Below, one piece after another: positions 16,815-24,343 of a DNA stretch of 64,000 nucleotides (its first letter is position 1; every line of letters begins with the position of its first letter). The translations under genes were made by a program, and so were the position numbers. Source of the stretch: a virus (lineage: Duplodnaviria > Heunggongvirae > Uroviricota > Caudoviricetes); the IMG/VR virus record IMGVR_UViG_3300046462_000479; one strand, given 5' to 3'. The notes under the pieces were generated by a model. It did no database searches. It saw only the letters and a program-made list of their open reading frames with translations, and had not been told where the DNA came from.

Positions 16815-17014
16815 ACGCGTGGCTGTGGAACGTGTGGTTGTACGTGTCCCCGTTCGTGTTTGTCGCGTTCGGTTTGCGAGCGGGCCGCTACTGGTGGCAG
16901 GAGGGTTGGCGGCTTAACCGGCCGATGTGTTTCGTGTACGCGTTCGATGCGATCGCGTTCACTACGATGGGCCTGGTTCTCGTGGTGTTGTTGGCTGCAG
17001 GCCAGTTTCCGTAG
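16811..17014 (+). CDS. membrane protein (67 aa), GTG start
   Basis: Two transmembrane segments. Confidence 0.5.
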   Translation: MNAWLWNVWLYVSPFVFVAFGLRAGRYWWQEGWRLNRPMCFVYAFDAIAFTTMGLVLVVLLAAGQFP

Positions 17015-17354
17015 GACTGAGCGGACGGGACGGTCTTCCGGTTTTCTTTTTTTTTAGAGCAGACGCAACACATGCGGACGAAAGATCGGAAGAGCCGAGC
17101 CCCACCCCCCTACCCCCCTCCCCAAACGGGGAGAAGAGATCGGAGGGTGGGGCCATGCGTCCGATGAGTCGGAGTCGCGTCGCCCAGCCGGTTCCCACGC
17201 GGCTCTAGCACCAAACTGAAGGTCGATCGACCGGCACCCTCTAACGGTCGGCACCGGGATCTGCTCACTACCAGAGGGCGATTAACCTGCTCGCTGTGGT
17301 AGTGTTCTCCCTGCTCTGCGTGACGGCGAGCAATGTACCACACAACTGACTGAG

Positions 17355-17385
17355 GGGCCCCTCGCCGGAGGGGCCCTTTCTTTTG
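17355..17385 (+). terminator. rho-independent terminator (9-bp stem GGGCCCCTC/GAGGGGCCC, loop GCCG, then TTTCTTTT)
   Basis: Perfect hairpin plus U-tract. Confidence 0.6.
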
Positions 17386-17401
17386 GTGTGACATGTCACA
17401 C
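17386..17401. repeat. 16-bp palindrome
   Basis: Perfect match. Confidence 0.9.
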
Positions 17402-17405
17402 TGGC

Positions 17406-17433
17406 TTGACTTCTCTCGGCAGAGGTGTAGGCT
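17406..17433 (+). promoter_or_regulatory. promoter TTGACT-N16-TAGGCT (actinobacterial TANNNT -10)
   Basis: Hexamers. Confidence 0.45.
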
Positions 17434-17483
17434 CCGATTATTAACCGCGCGCAGGCGCGGGATCCTTCCCGAGAGGAGCCGAG

Positions 17484-18116
17484 TTGATCCTGGACGTCGA
17501 GATTAAGGGCGTCACCTTCCGTGACGTCACAAAAAAGGCGGACGGCAAGCAGATCCGCATCTTCGAGGTCGAAGACCAGAACGGCATCAAGTGGACGACC
17601 AGCCGCCAGGACATCGCGAACGAGGCGTTCCGTCGGGTCGGCCAGATGGCACAGATCCAAGGCCGTGAGGAACAGAACGGCGCCTACCTGAACCGCTACC
17701 TGGACATGGTGTCTGAGCCGGGCGTCCTGACTCCGCCTCCGTCGCAGGAGTTCCCCATCCCCGGCGTGGTGCAGAGCGCCCTCGATGCATCGCTCCCGCG
17801 CGCTCCAATGGCTCCTACGCCTCCGCCCGCGCCCATTCCTCCTTCGGCACCAGCGCAGCCGACGATCCAGCCGAGCGGGCCGACAGAACACGACTGGCAG
17901 ATCTGGCGGCAGGTCGCAGCCAAGGTGTCCGCCACCGTGTCAACCACTGCCCCCGAGTTCTGGAGCAACCTCGACGACCTGGTCCGCTACTTCGCCTACG
18001 GCACCAAGCCCTCCTACGTTCCCGGAGACGCTCCCCGCTTCATCCCGGAGGGTGCGATCCAGGAGAGCAACGCCGAGGGACCGCCGCCGTACACGGACGA
18101 TGATATTCCGTTCTAA
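17484..18116 (+). CDS. SSB-like protein: noncanonical N-terminal domain, Pro-rich linker, C-terminal DDDIPF acidic tip (TTG start)
   Basis: Terminal DDDIPF is the SSB C-terminal tail signature. Confidence 0.6.
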   Translation: MILDVEIKGVTFRDVTKKADGKQIRIFEVEDQNGIKWTTSRQDIANEAFRRVGQMAQIQGREEQNGAYLNRYLDMVSEPGVLTPPPSQEFPIPGVVQSALDASLPRAPMAPTPPPAPIPPSAPAQPTIQPSGPTEHDWQIWRQVAAKVSATVSTTAPEFWSNLDDLVRYFAYGTKPSYVPGDAPRFIPEGAIQESNAEGPPPYTDDDIPF

Positions 18117-18461
18117 GTGGAGGGGATGGATCAGCTAAGTCTCTTGCCCGATCCAAGTCGGCCAATTAAGGGACGTCACCATACACATGCTAGGGACACA
18201 GAAGAATCTGCGGCTCAAGCTGCTGCACCGAGAGCCGGGACGGCCCGAGCGCGAGTTTTGGAACATCTTCGGCAAGCGGGTTCGTACGGAGCAACTGACT
18301 TCGAGTTGAACGAGATGTTGCTACCAGGGCGTCGCTCGGTGAGTGCGGGAACCAGACGAGCGGAGTTGATTCGCGACGGATGGCCAATCATCGACTCAAA
18401 GCGGCGTCGAGAAACTGATACCGGTACGGCTGCGATCGTATGGGTGCTCAGTGCGCCTTAG
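18117..18461 (+). CDS. hypothetical protein (114 aa)
   Basis: ORF track. Confidence 0.45.
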   Translation: MEGMDQLSLLPDPSRPIKGRHHTHARDTEESAAQAAAPRAGTARARVLEHLRQAGSYGATDFELNEMLLPGRRSVSAGTRRAELIRDGWPIIDSKRRRETDTGTAAIVWVLSAP

Positions 18462-19290
18462 CGGATGGCATGTTCCGATCGAGCATCTGTCCGCGAGTGC
18501 GATCGGGATGCTGGTCCAGTGTCCTGAGCAGTTCAGGCTCAGAAGGGTGTTGAAGATCCCGGAGTCGATGGGCGTGGACAGGTTCGTCGGCATCGTCGAC
18601 CACGGCACGCACGCGGAGAACTTCAGGCAGAAGATCGCGACCGACCAGGACCTGCAGCAGCAGACGATGTGGGAGATCTTCGACAACACCTGGGACCAGA
18701 CGATCCTGCAAGAAGGCGAGCCGGAGTGGAGCAGTCCGGTCGAGCAGACGAAGACGCTGGGTCAGCTGATGGTGGACACCTACCACGCTCAGGTGTCGCC
18801 GACGGTGCATCCGATCAAGGTGGAGGAACGGTTCGAGCAGACCTTCAAGAACATGCCGATCCCGATCGTCGGCTACCCGGACGTCGAGACTCGGTCGCAG
18901 ATCATCGAACGGAAAACGTCGGCGTCGAAGCTATCGAAGCCGAAGTCGAAGTGGGTGGTGCAGGGCCGGATCTACAGCATGGTGTACGCGAAGCCGGTCG
19001 AGTACCACATCATCACGAAACAGAAGACTCCGCAGGTCGTGACGGCAGAGACAGCACCTGCAATGTGTTTACACCCTGAGCACGCAGACTCGACGTTGCA
19101 GGTGATCGAGCAGGCGTTGTTCAGCCTGAACGACTACTGGACACGCTACGGTCCCGACCATCCCTGGCCGACCACCGGCCTCTACCACGACTGGCTGTGC
19201 AACTACTGCTTTGCCGGTCCCAGCTACGGCGGCTTCTGTGTCGCCTGGAAAGGACAGACGAATGAGCAAGATCGCAAGCACGAAGTGTGA
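18451..19290 (+). CDS. Cas4/RecB-family PD-(D/E)xK exonuclease with a 4-Cys cluster
   Basis: GYPDVE...IERK; N-terminal QCPEQF plus C-terminal CNYCFAGPSYGGFC. Confidence 0.65.
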   Translation: MRLSGWHVPIEHLSASAIGMLVQCPEQFRLRRVLKIPESMGVDRFVGIVDHGTHAENFRQKIATDQDLQQQTMWEIFDNTWDQTILQEGEPEWSSPVEQTKTLGQLMVDTYHAQVSPTVHPIKVEERFEQTFKNMPIPIVGYPDVETRSQIIERKTSASKLSKPKSKWVVQGRIYSMVYAKPVEYHIITKQKTPQVVTAETAPAMCLHPEHADSTLQVIEQALFSLNDYWTRYGPDHPWPTTGLYHDWLCNYCFAGPSYGGFCVAWKGQTNEQDRKHEV

Positions 19291-19462
19291 CAAGTGCGGC
19301 AACCTGATCGAGGACGGCACCGGAGGTGAGCTGGTCTTCACTACCAAGACGAACCGGCAGACAGCCGACCTGCACCAGACCTGTGCTGACGGGCTCGGTG
19401 TCGACTTCAAGACGCAGAAGAAGCGCGGCCGCAAGCCGAAGGAACCAGTGACAGTGGTGTGA
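19262..19462 (+). CDS. Zn-ribbon + AT-hook-like small protein (66 aa)
   Basis: CDKCG...; KKRGRKPKEP. Confidence 0.45.
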   Translation: MSKIASTKCDKCGNLIEDGTGGELVFTTKTNRQTADLHQTCADGLGVDFKTQKKRGRKPKEPVTVV

Positions 19463-20085
19463 CCAAGTTCCCCACTGAAAGCAGGGACGTTCAGGGCCTA
19501 GAAGGGGACGAGTACCCGGACTTCAAAGTCGGGCCCGTCTGTGCCGTGCCTGGCTGCAGGCGGCTGACCGACCACGCACACCACCTGTTCAGTAGGGGAA
19601 TGATGGGCGGCGCTTTCAACTGGGTGCTGGTCCCTGACGGCACCGAGATCGGCAACAAGGCCCCGCTCTGCTACCGCCACCACGAACAGGTCACGAACAA
19701 CGAGATCGGCATCACCTACCAAGGGGGCCGCTTCTTCTGGGAGGGCGAGCCACTGTCATGGCAACCACCCAAGAAGGGCGGCCCCGAGGAGGTGTCAGTA
19801 ACAGAGCAGGAGGAACGCCCGGTCTGTCCCGGCTGTGGCCGCAGGATGCCAAAGCCTCGGATCGACACACCCGTTGAGGAGAAGAAGCGCCGCAAAACGT
19901 GGGCGGTGTCTGTCCCGGCAACAGTGGAAGAGGACGGGGCGGACGTGCTGGACGCCCTGTTGGAGTCCGCCCGCGAGAAGATGGACGCGGCTGGACTCGA
20001 CTGGGGTGAGGGCCAGAAGTACTTCGTGTTGTCTACCGCGCTCGGACTGTTCGTGATGCACGCGGAACAAGTCCTCAGCAATTGA
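19459..20085 (+). CDS. HNH endonuclease
   Basis: CAVPGCRRLTDHAHHL...LCYRHH. Confidence 0.75.
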   Translation: MTKFPTESRDVQGLEGDEYPDFKVGPVCAVPGCRRLTDHAHHLFSRGMMGGAFNWVLVPDGTEIGNKAPLCYRHHEQVTNNEIGITYQGGRFFWEGEPLSWQPPKKGGPEEVSVTEQEERPVCPGCGRRMPKPRIDTPVEEKKRRKTWAVSVPATVEEDGADVLDALLESAREKMDAAGLDWGEGQKYFVLSTALGLFVMHAEQVLSN

Positions 20086-20111
20086 ACACCCCCACTGTAC
20101 TGTGGTATAAT
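20082..20111 (+). promoter_or_regulatory. promoter TTGAAC-N18-TATAAT with extended-10 TGgTATAAT
   Basis: Near-perfect consensus. Confidence 0.6.
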
Positions 20112-20132
20112 AGGTTAACCGAGGGGAGGGGC

Positions 20133-20324
20133 ATGGCATCGCGCATACGTTGTGAACGATGCGGCTTCATTGTTGAGAGAAAGGAGCGGATACGGTCAAA
20201 ACACACGAACGCCTACTACTGCAAAGACCTCCACCGATGCGACAGACGCAGACGAGGCGACGTCGGCCTCGAAGACATCTTCTCGCTGACCGAGCAATTA
20301 AGGAGCGACGTTGGAAAACTCTGA
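20133..20324 (+). CDS. Zn-binding small protein (63 aa)
   Basis: CERCG...YYCKDLHRC. Confidence 0.5.
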   Translation: MASRIRCERCGFIVERKERIRSKHTNAYYCKDLHRCDRRRRGDVGLEDIFSLTEQLRSDVGKL

Positions 20325-20592
20325 AGAAAAGCAACGCAAGGCTATCGCCGAGATCCAGCTCCTGTACGAGAAGATCAGCCGCGTCCAGTACGAACTGACC
20401 TGGTTCCCGTTCAAGGTCGGACAGCTAGGAGCGATCGGTCAGCTAGGCCCGCCAGAGACAGCCCGTGCGATGATCGAGTCGATGAGAGCCGACATTAATG
20501 ACCTCATGGACGCGACCGAGGCCTGCGCTCTGCAAATGGGACAGCTGTTAGCCAACGTCGAACAAGCACTAGACCGACAAGAAGAAGTGTGA
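20311..20592 (+). CDS. hypothetical coiled-coil protein (93 aa)
   Basis: ORF track. Confidence 0.5.
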   Translation: MENSEEKQRKAIAEIQLLYEKISRVQYELTWFPFKVGQLGAIGQLGPPETARAMIESMRADINDLMDATEACALQMGQLLANVEQALDRQEEV

Positions 20593-20602
20593 CATGTCAC
20601 AC
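20587..20602. repeat. 16-bp palindrome; its central ATG is the start of the next gene
   Basis: Perfect match. Confidence 0.9.
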
Positions 20603-20911
20603 TCTCCGCGCATCTATATCAGTGGGCCGATCAAAGACAACATCGACTACGAAGAAGACTTCGAACAAGCCAAGGCCACCCTAATAATGCAGGGATGGCA
20701 TCCAGTTAGTCCTGCTGATCTACGTTCAGATCATTGGAGCTACGGCGACTACATGCGAGCAGATATTTTGCTTTTGCTTACATGCGAGTCGATCTACATG
20801 CTCAGTGGTTGGAAGAATTCCAATGGTGCCCGTCTCGAATACGAGATAGCAAAGATGTGCGAGATGACGATAGTGTATGAAGCACTAACCGATTACGAGG
20901 AGGAAACATGA
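20594..20911 (+). CDS. DUF4406-like / nucleoside 2-deoxyribosyltransferase-like protein
   Basis: YISGPI...CESIYMLSGWKNSNGARLEYEIA. Confidence 0.6.
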   Translation: MSHSPRIYISGPIKDNIDYEEDFEQAKATLIMQGWHPVSPADLRSDHWSYGDYMRADILLLLTCESIYMLSGWKNSNGARLEYEIAKMCEMTIVYEALTDYEEET

Positions 20912-21111
20912 AGCTGTACGAAATTGCTGTGCTGAAGAACGAGAAGACGGACAAGGACGGCGAAGTAGTCGACGCGGCCGACATTGTCGTTCCGATCACG
21001 CCGGTACTGGCACGAGACGACGCACAAGCGCAGCTGCTCGCAGCACGTGCCATCCCGGCAGACGAGATCGACAACCTGGACAGACTCGTTGTCGTGGTGC
21101 GCCCTTTCTGA
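20908..21111 (+). CDS. hypothetical protein (67 aa)
   Basis: ATGA overlap. Confidence 0.5.
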   Translation: MKLYEIAVLKNEKTDKDGEVVDAADIVVPITPVLARDDAQAQLLAARAIPADEIDNLDRLVVVVRPF

Positions 21112-21321
21112 CCCAGGATTGGACAGAAGAGCTAGAGGACGTCCACGAACATCAGGAGCATCTCGATCTAGTCGGTCGCGGTGGCGCTAGGTGGTTCGGC
21201 ACCCATCCCGCCAGCTACACGACGACGGGCGGAAACGTGCTTGCTGCCGGTACGACCGGGAACGTGTTGTGGTCGCAGGTGCCTACGACAGCTACGTATA
21301 CGTCGGCCAGCACGGTTCTGA

Positions 21322-21537
21322 ATGGCTGACGAGATCAAGTACACGAAGCGGAAGACCGTGAGGGTGAGCGGTGCTCTCAGTCGCGAGCTGGGAGAGATCC
21401 AGGTGTACGAGGGGGACGCCAAGTTGCTGGAATGGATCGCCGAATTCCTTGGCTGTAGCAAGGCCGAGGCTGTACGTTCTGCTATCCGCTCAATGGCTGC
21501 CCAGTTGACAATGATTGACAAGCGCTCGCCCCCTTGA
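21322..21537 (+). CDS. ribbon-helix-helix-like small regulator (71 aa)
   Basis: KRKTVRVSGALSREL...SKAEAVRSAIRSMAAQL. Confidence 0.5.
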   Translation: MADEIKYTKRKTVRVSGALSRELGEIQVYEGDAKLLEWIAEFLGCSKAEAVRSAIRSMAAQLTMIDKRSPP

Positions 21538-21562
21538 CCCACCCACGTGTACAATGGTATAC
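21533..21562 (+). promoter_or_regulatory. promoter TTGACC-N18-TATACT (TGg-extended), preceded by two further TTGACA hexamers at ~21504 and ~21514
   Basis: Consensus hexamers. Confidence 0.55.
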
Positions 21563-21573
21563 TATAGTAATGG

Positions 21574-21864
21574 ATGGAGGTTCGTGTGCGGTTACGTTTT
21601 CGCAAGAAACCCGTCCTAGATCGGCGGCCGCCGGTAACGGAACGAGAGCTGCAGATCGCTCGCCTCATCGTAAGCGGGATCAGCCGCCAGGAGATCGCTT
21701 CCCGGCTCGGCATCTCAGTCAGCGCGGTTAGCCAAACCAACCGTGCCATCGACGCAAAGCTAGGTCTCCCGTACCGCCCACACGGTCGGCCCACAAAGGC
21801 TGACCGTTTGGCGTACCTAAACGCCCTAGCACAAGCCGTTAGCCAGTGTGACATGTCACACTGA
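21574..21864 (+). CDS. LuxR/GerE-family HTH transcriptional regulator
   Basis: ELQIARLIVSGISRQEIASRLGISVSAVSQTNRAIDAKLG. Confidence 0.8.
   Translation: MEVRVRLRFRKKPVLDRRPPVTERELQIARLIVSGISRQEIASRLGISVSAVSQTNRAIDAKLGLPYRPHGRPTKADRLAYLNALAQAVSQCDMSH
21846..21861. repeat. 16-bp palindrome
   Basis: Perfect match. Confidence 0.9.
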
Positions 21865-21874
21865 AAGGAGGGAG

Positions 21875-22246
21875 ATGACAGCAAAGAAAACTCCGTTCGA
21901 ACGCATCGAGGTGAAAGCAGCCCGAGGCGACTACACGCTGGTAGAGCCGCTCGATCTGATCATCCTCGAATCGCTGCCGAACGAAGGAACGCTGTTCGTC
22001 GGCCTGTACCCGCTCGGCGAGACAGCCGGGAACATCAGCAAGGCGAAGCTGGAAGGAAAGATCCCGGTCAGCGTCGTCGCCCGCAGGCTAGGAACGCTGC
22101 GGCAGCAGGGGCTGGTCGTGAAGAAGCAGGCGATCGGCCAGGGCGCCAACGAGAAGAACGTGGTGTGGCAGCGCACTCCCGCTGCTGTCGCACTCCTAGC
22201 CTCCAAGGAGGGAAAGAATGGCAGCAGCAACAAGAAGTCTGGTTGA
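21875..22246 (+). CDS. putative winged-helix DNA-binding protein (123 aa)
   Basis: ATG after GAAAGGAGGGAG. Confidence 0.45.
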   Translation: MTAKKTPFERIEVKAARGDYTLVEPLDLIILESLPNEGTLFVGLYPLGETAGNISKAKLEGKIPVSVVARRLGTLRQQGLVVKKQAIGQGANEKNVVWQRTPAAVALLASKEGKNGSSNKKSG

Positions 22247-23105
22247 CGAGTTGCACGCCAACTCGGAAATCAAGGAGGTCCAGCTGAGCCAGTTGCAGTC
22301 GGACTTCTCCTACCAGCGCGACACAAACGAGGCGCTGGTCGACGCGATCGCGAACGACTGGGACACCGTCGCATCGGAACTGATCCTTGTCTCCAACCGC
22401 GGGGTCCGCTCCAAGGACGGAGAGATCAAGGGCGGACTGTTCATCGTCAACGGCCAGCATCGCACCAAGGCCGCGCAGAAGCGGAGCATGACCACCATCT
22501 GGGCTCGCGTCATCGACCTGCGCAAGGTCAAGGACCCGGGAGCGATGGAGGCCGGGTTCCGGCTGAAGACGAACAAGCGGATCAGCGACCGCCCACTGGA
22601 ACGGTTCAAGGCGCAGGTGCGTTCCGGTGACGAGGACTCGCTGGCGATCGTGAAGCTGCTCGCCGGATTCGACACGGAGATCAACGCGTCGCCGAGCAGC
22701 GAGGTCGGCATCAACTGCGTATCCACCGTCGAGGGCCTGTACGCGCTCGACAACGGCTCGCTGCTGAGCGACACGCTGGAAGTGGTCCGAGACACGTGGC
22801 GGCACGTCGGCGGCGACTTCACCAAGGCGTCCCTGTTGAAGGGCGTCTGCTGGTTCATCGAGAAGCACGCCGAGGAGTCCGACCGGACCCGGCTCGTGTC
22901 CAAGCTGCAGGGAGTCGGCATCACCGCCCTGGAATCTCGGGCCCGCACCATCGGCCTGACCATGGGCGGCAGCATGTGGATGAACTACTACCGGGCCATC
23001 GTCGATCTGTACAACGAGCAGCTGCGCGAGAAGAACCGGCTGCAGTGGATGCTGCGCGGCAGCCAGCGCGTCGACCGTGGCGGCGGCCAGCAGCGGGCCG
23101 CCTAG
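22218..23105 (+). CDS. ParB-like / DGQHR-domain (DndB/DpdB-like) protein
   Basis: LILVSNRG...GGLFIVNGQHRTKAAQK. Confidence 0.65.
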   Translation: MAAATRSLVDELHANSEIKEVQLSQLQSDFSYQRDTNEALVDAIANDWDTVASELILVSNRGVRSKDGEIKGGLFIVNGQHRTKAAQKRSMTTIWARVIDLRKVKDPGAMEAGFRLKTNKRISDRPLERFKAQVRSGDEDSLAIVKLLAGFDTEINASPSSEVGINCVSTVEGLYALDNGSLLSDTLEVVRDTWRHVGGDFTKASLLKGVCWFIEKHAEESDRTRLVSKLQGVGITALESRARTIGLTMGGSMWMNYYRAIVDLYNEQLREKNRLQWMLRGSQRVDRGGGQQRAA

Positions 23106-23209
23106 TCCGATACCGAACGTCAACAAAAAAGGAGGTACGCCAGACGGACCCAGTTCCGACCAGCCGACGCGTGAGGTTCCGCGTCGGGGAAGCCTGACCT
23201 GGAGGAGAG

Positions 23210-23620
23210 TTGCGCTTACGTATCTGGACAGCGGCCCTGTCCGCGGCGTTCTTCGCTGGGACACCCGCAGCAGCACAACTGTTACCGGCAGCACCACCAG
23301 CACATCATCACCGGCACCACCAGCAACTCTGGCACGCGCCGAAGTGGTGGCTACCTGAAGCCACCTGCATCCACGACCACGAGGGAGCGTGGACCGACTC
23401 CGGCTACTACGGAGGAGGACTGCAGTTCCTCGTTTCCACGTGGAACCGGGCCGCAGCATGGCACCGCACGAAACACGACGAGATCCCGTTCGTCTCATCG
23501 ACGGCAGAAATAGGACGGCTGCCCCCACGCATCCAGCTGCACGCGGCTATCCGCATCTGGCTGCAAGACCATCGCAGCTGGCATGAGTGGGGGACAGCCG
23601 GTATGTGCGGGCTGGGTTAG
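23210..23620 (+). CDS. secreted Rpf-like (resuscitation-promoting-factor / transglycosylase-like) protein, TTG start
   Basis: Signal peptide; EGAWTDSGYYGGGLQFLVSTWNRAA...WGTAGMCGL. Confidence 0.65.
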   Translation: MRLRIWTAALSAAFFAGTPAAAQLLPAAPPAHHHRHHQQLWHAPKWWLPEATCIHDHEGAWTDSGYYGGGLQFLVSTWNRAAAWHRTKHDEIPFVSSTAEIGRLPPRIQLHAAIRIWLQDHRSWHEWGTAGMCGLG

Positions 23621-23635
23621 CGTGACATGTCACAC
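23620..23635. repeat. palindrome variant GCGTGACATGTCACAC
   Basis: One mismatch. Confidence 0.85.
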
Positions 23636-23652
23636 TCACTGAAGGGAGAGCA

Positions 23653-23883
23653 ATGGAAACCATAATCGTCCCCGAGAGACCGCACCGGCTCACGGATGGG
23701 CTCCATCATCTGGTGCCGGTCCGCCGCAAGCAGAAGACGATCGTGATCGAGGCGGACCCGGTAGAGGAGGCCCTTAGCAAGATGGTCGAAGAGGCCAGAC
23801 AGGGGCACGTGATCGCGGGCTCGTTCCATGCGGGCTCGAATCTCCACTGCACGCTCGGCCTGATCGAGCACGTAACCAGCTAA
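23653..23883 (+). CDS. hypothetical protein (76 aa)
   Basis: SD GAAGGGAGAGCAATG. Confidence 0.5.
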   Translation: METIIVPERPHRLTDGLHHLVPVRRKQKTIVIEADPVEEALSKMVEEARQGHVIAGSFHAGSNLHCTLGLIEHVTS

Positions 23884-23888
23884 GTCTG

Positions 23889-24272
23889 ATGCTGGGCTAC
23901 GTTCAGCCCTTCCTCATCCAACGCCACTCGGACGCCATGCCGCTCTGGCCGTGGATCTGGATGGCCTTCTGCTTAATGCTCGTCGCCGTCGTGTCGGTCG
24001 GCCTACTAGCGGCCATGTTGGAGACGAGGAGCGCCAGGAAGAAGTTGAAGAACAGATTCAATTGGCGGAGTTCGGACAGGTGGACTCCGGTCCAGAAGGA
24101 GCTGGTCGAGCGGCTGTACGCCGCAATGCCTCCGCAGTTCCAATTTGTAGCGTCCGGGGCGCTGGCGGAGAAGGCGGCAGTAATCATGAATTACAACGAC
24201 GCGTACGGGCAGTGTGAGGCCGTTGACTGGTATGAGCGCGCACTTGTGGGAGTGCGAACCAAACAAGACTAG
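23889..24272 (+). CDS. membrane protein (127 aa)
   Basis: Transmembrane segment WPWIWMAFCLMLVAVVSVGLLAAML. Confidence 0.5.
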   Translation: MLGYVQPFLIQRHSDAMPLWPWIWMAFCLMLVAVVSVGLLAAMLETRSARKKLKNRFNWRSSDRWTPVQKELVERLYAAMPPQFQFVASGALAEKAAVIMNYNDAYGQCEAVDWYERALVGVRTKQD

Positions 24273-24287
24273 TGTGACATGTCACGC
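24272..24287. repeat. palindrome variant ...CACGC
   Basis: One mismatch. Confidence 0.85.
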
Positions 24288-24343
24288 TGGTATTCCTAGC
24301 GGTCAGGGCCATTCCTAGCCGCCAACCAACAGAAAGGACGGCG

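Noticed and set aside
17110-17891. Minus-strand ORFs (94 aa, 207 aa) in the junction region and over the SSB-like gene
   Set aside because: They overlap a structured non-coding region and the SSB-like gene in antisense; no RBS.
22068-23528. 486-aa minus-strand ORF
   Set aside because: Arg/Ala-rich low-complexity translation, antisense to two genes with clear domain signatures (ParB/DGQHR and Rpf-like). This is a typical high-GC antisense artefact.
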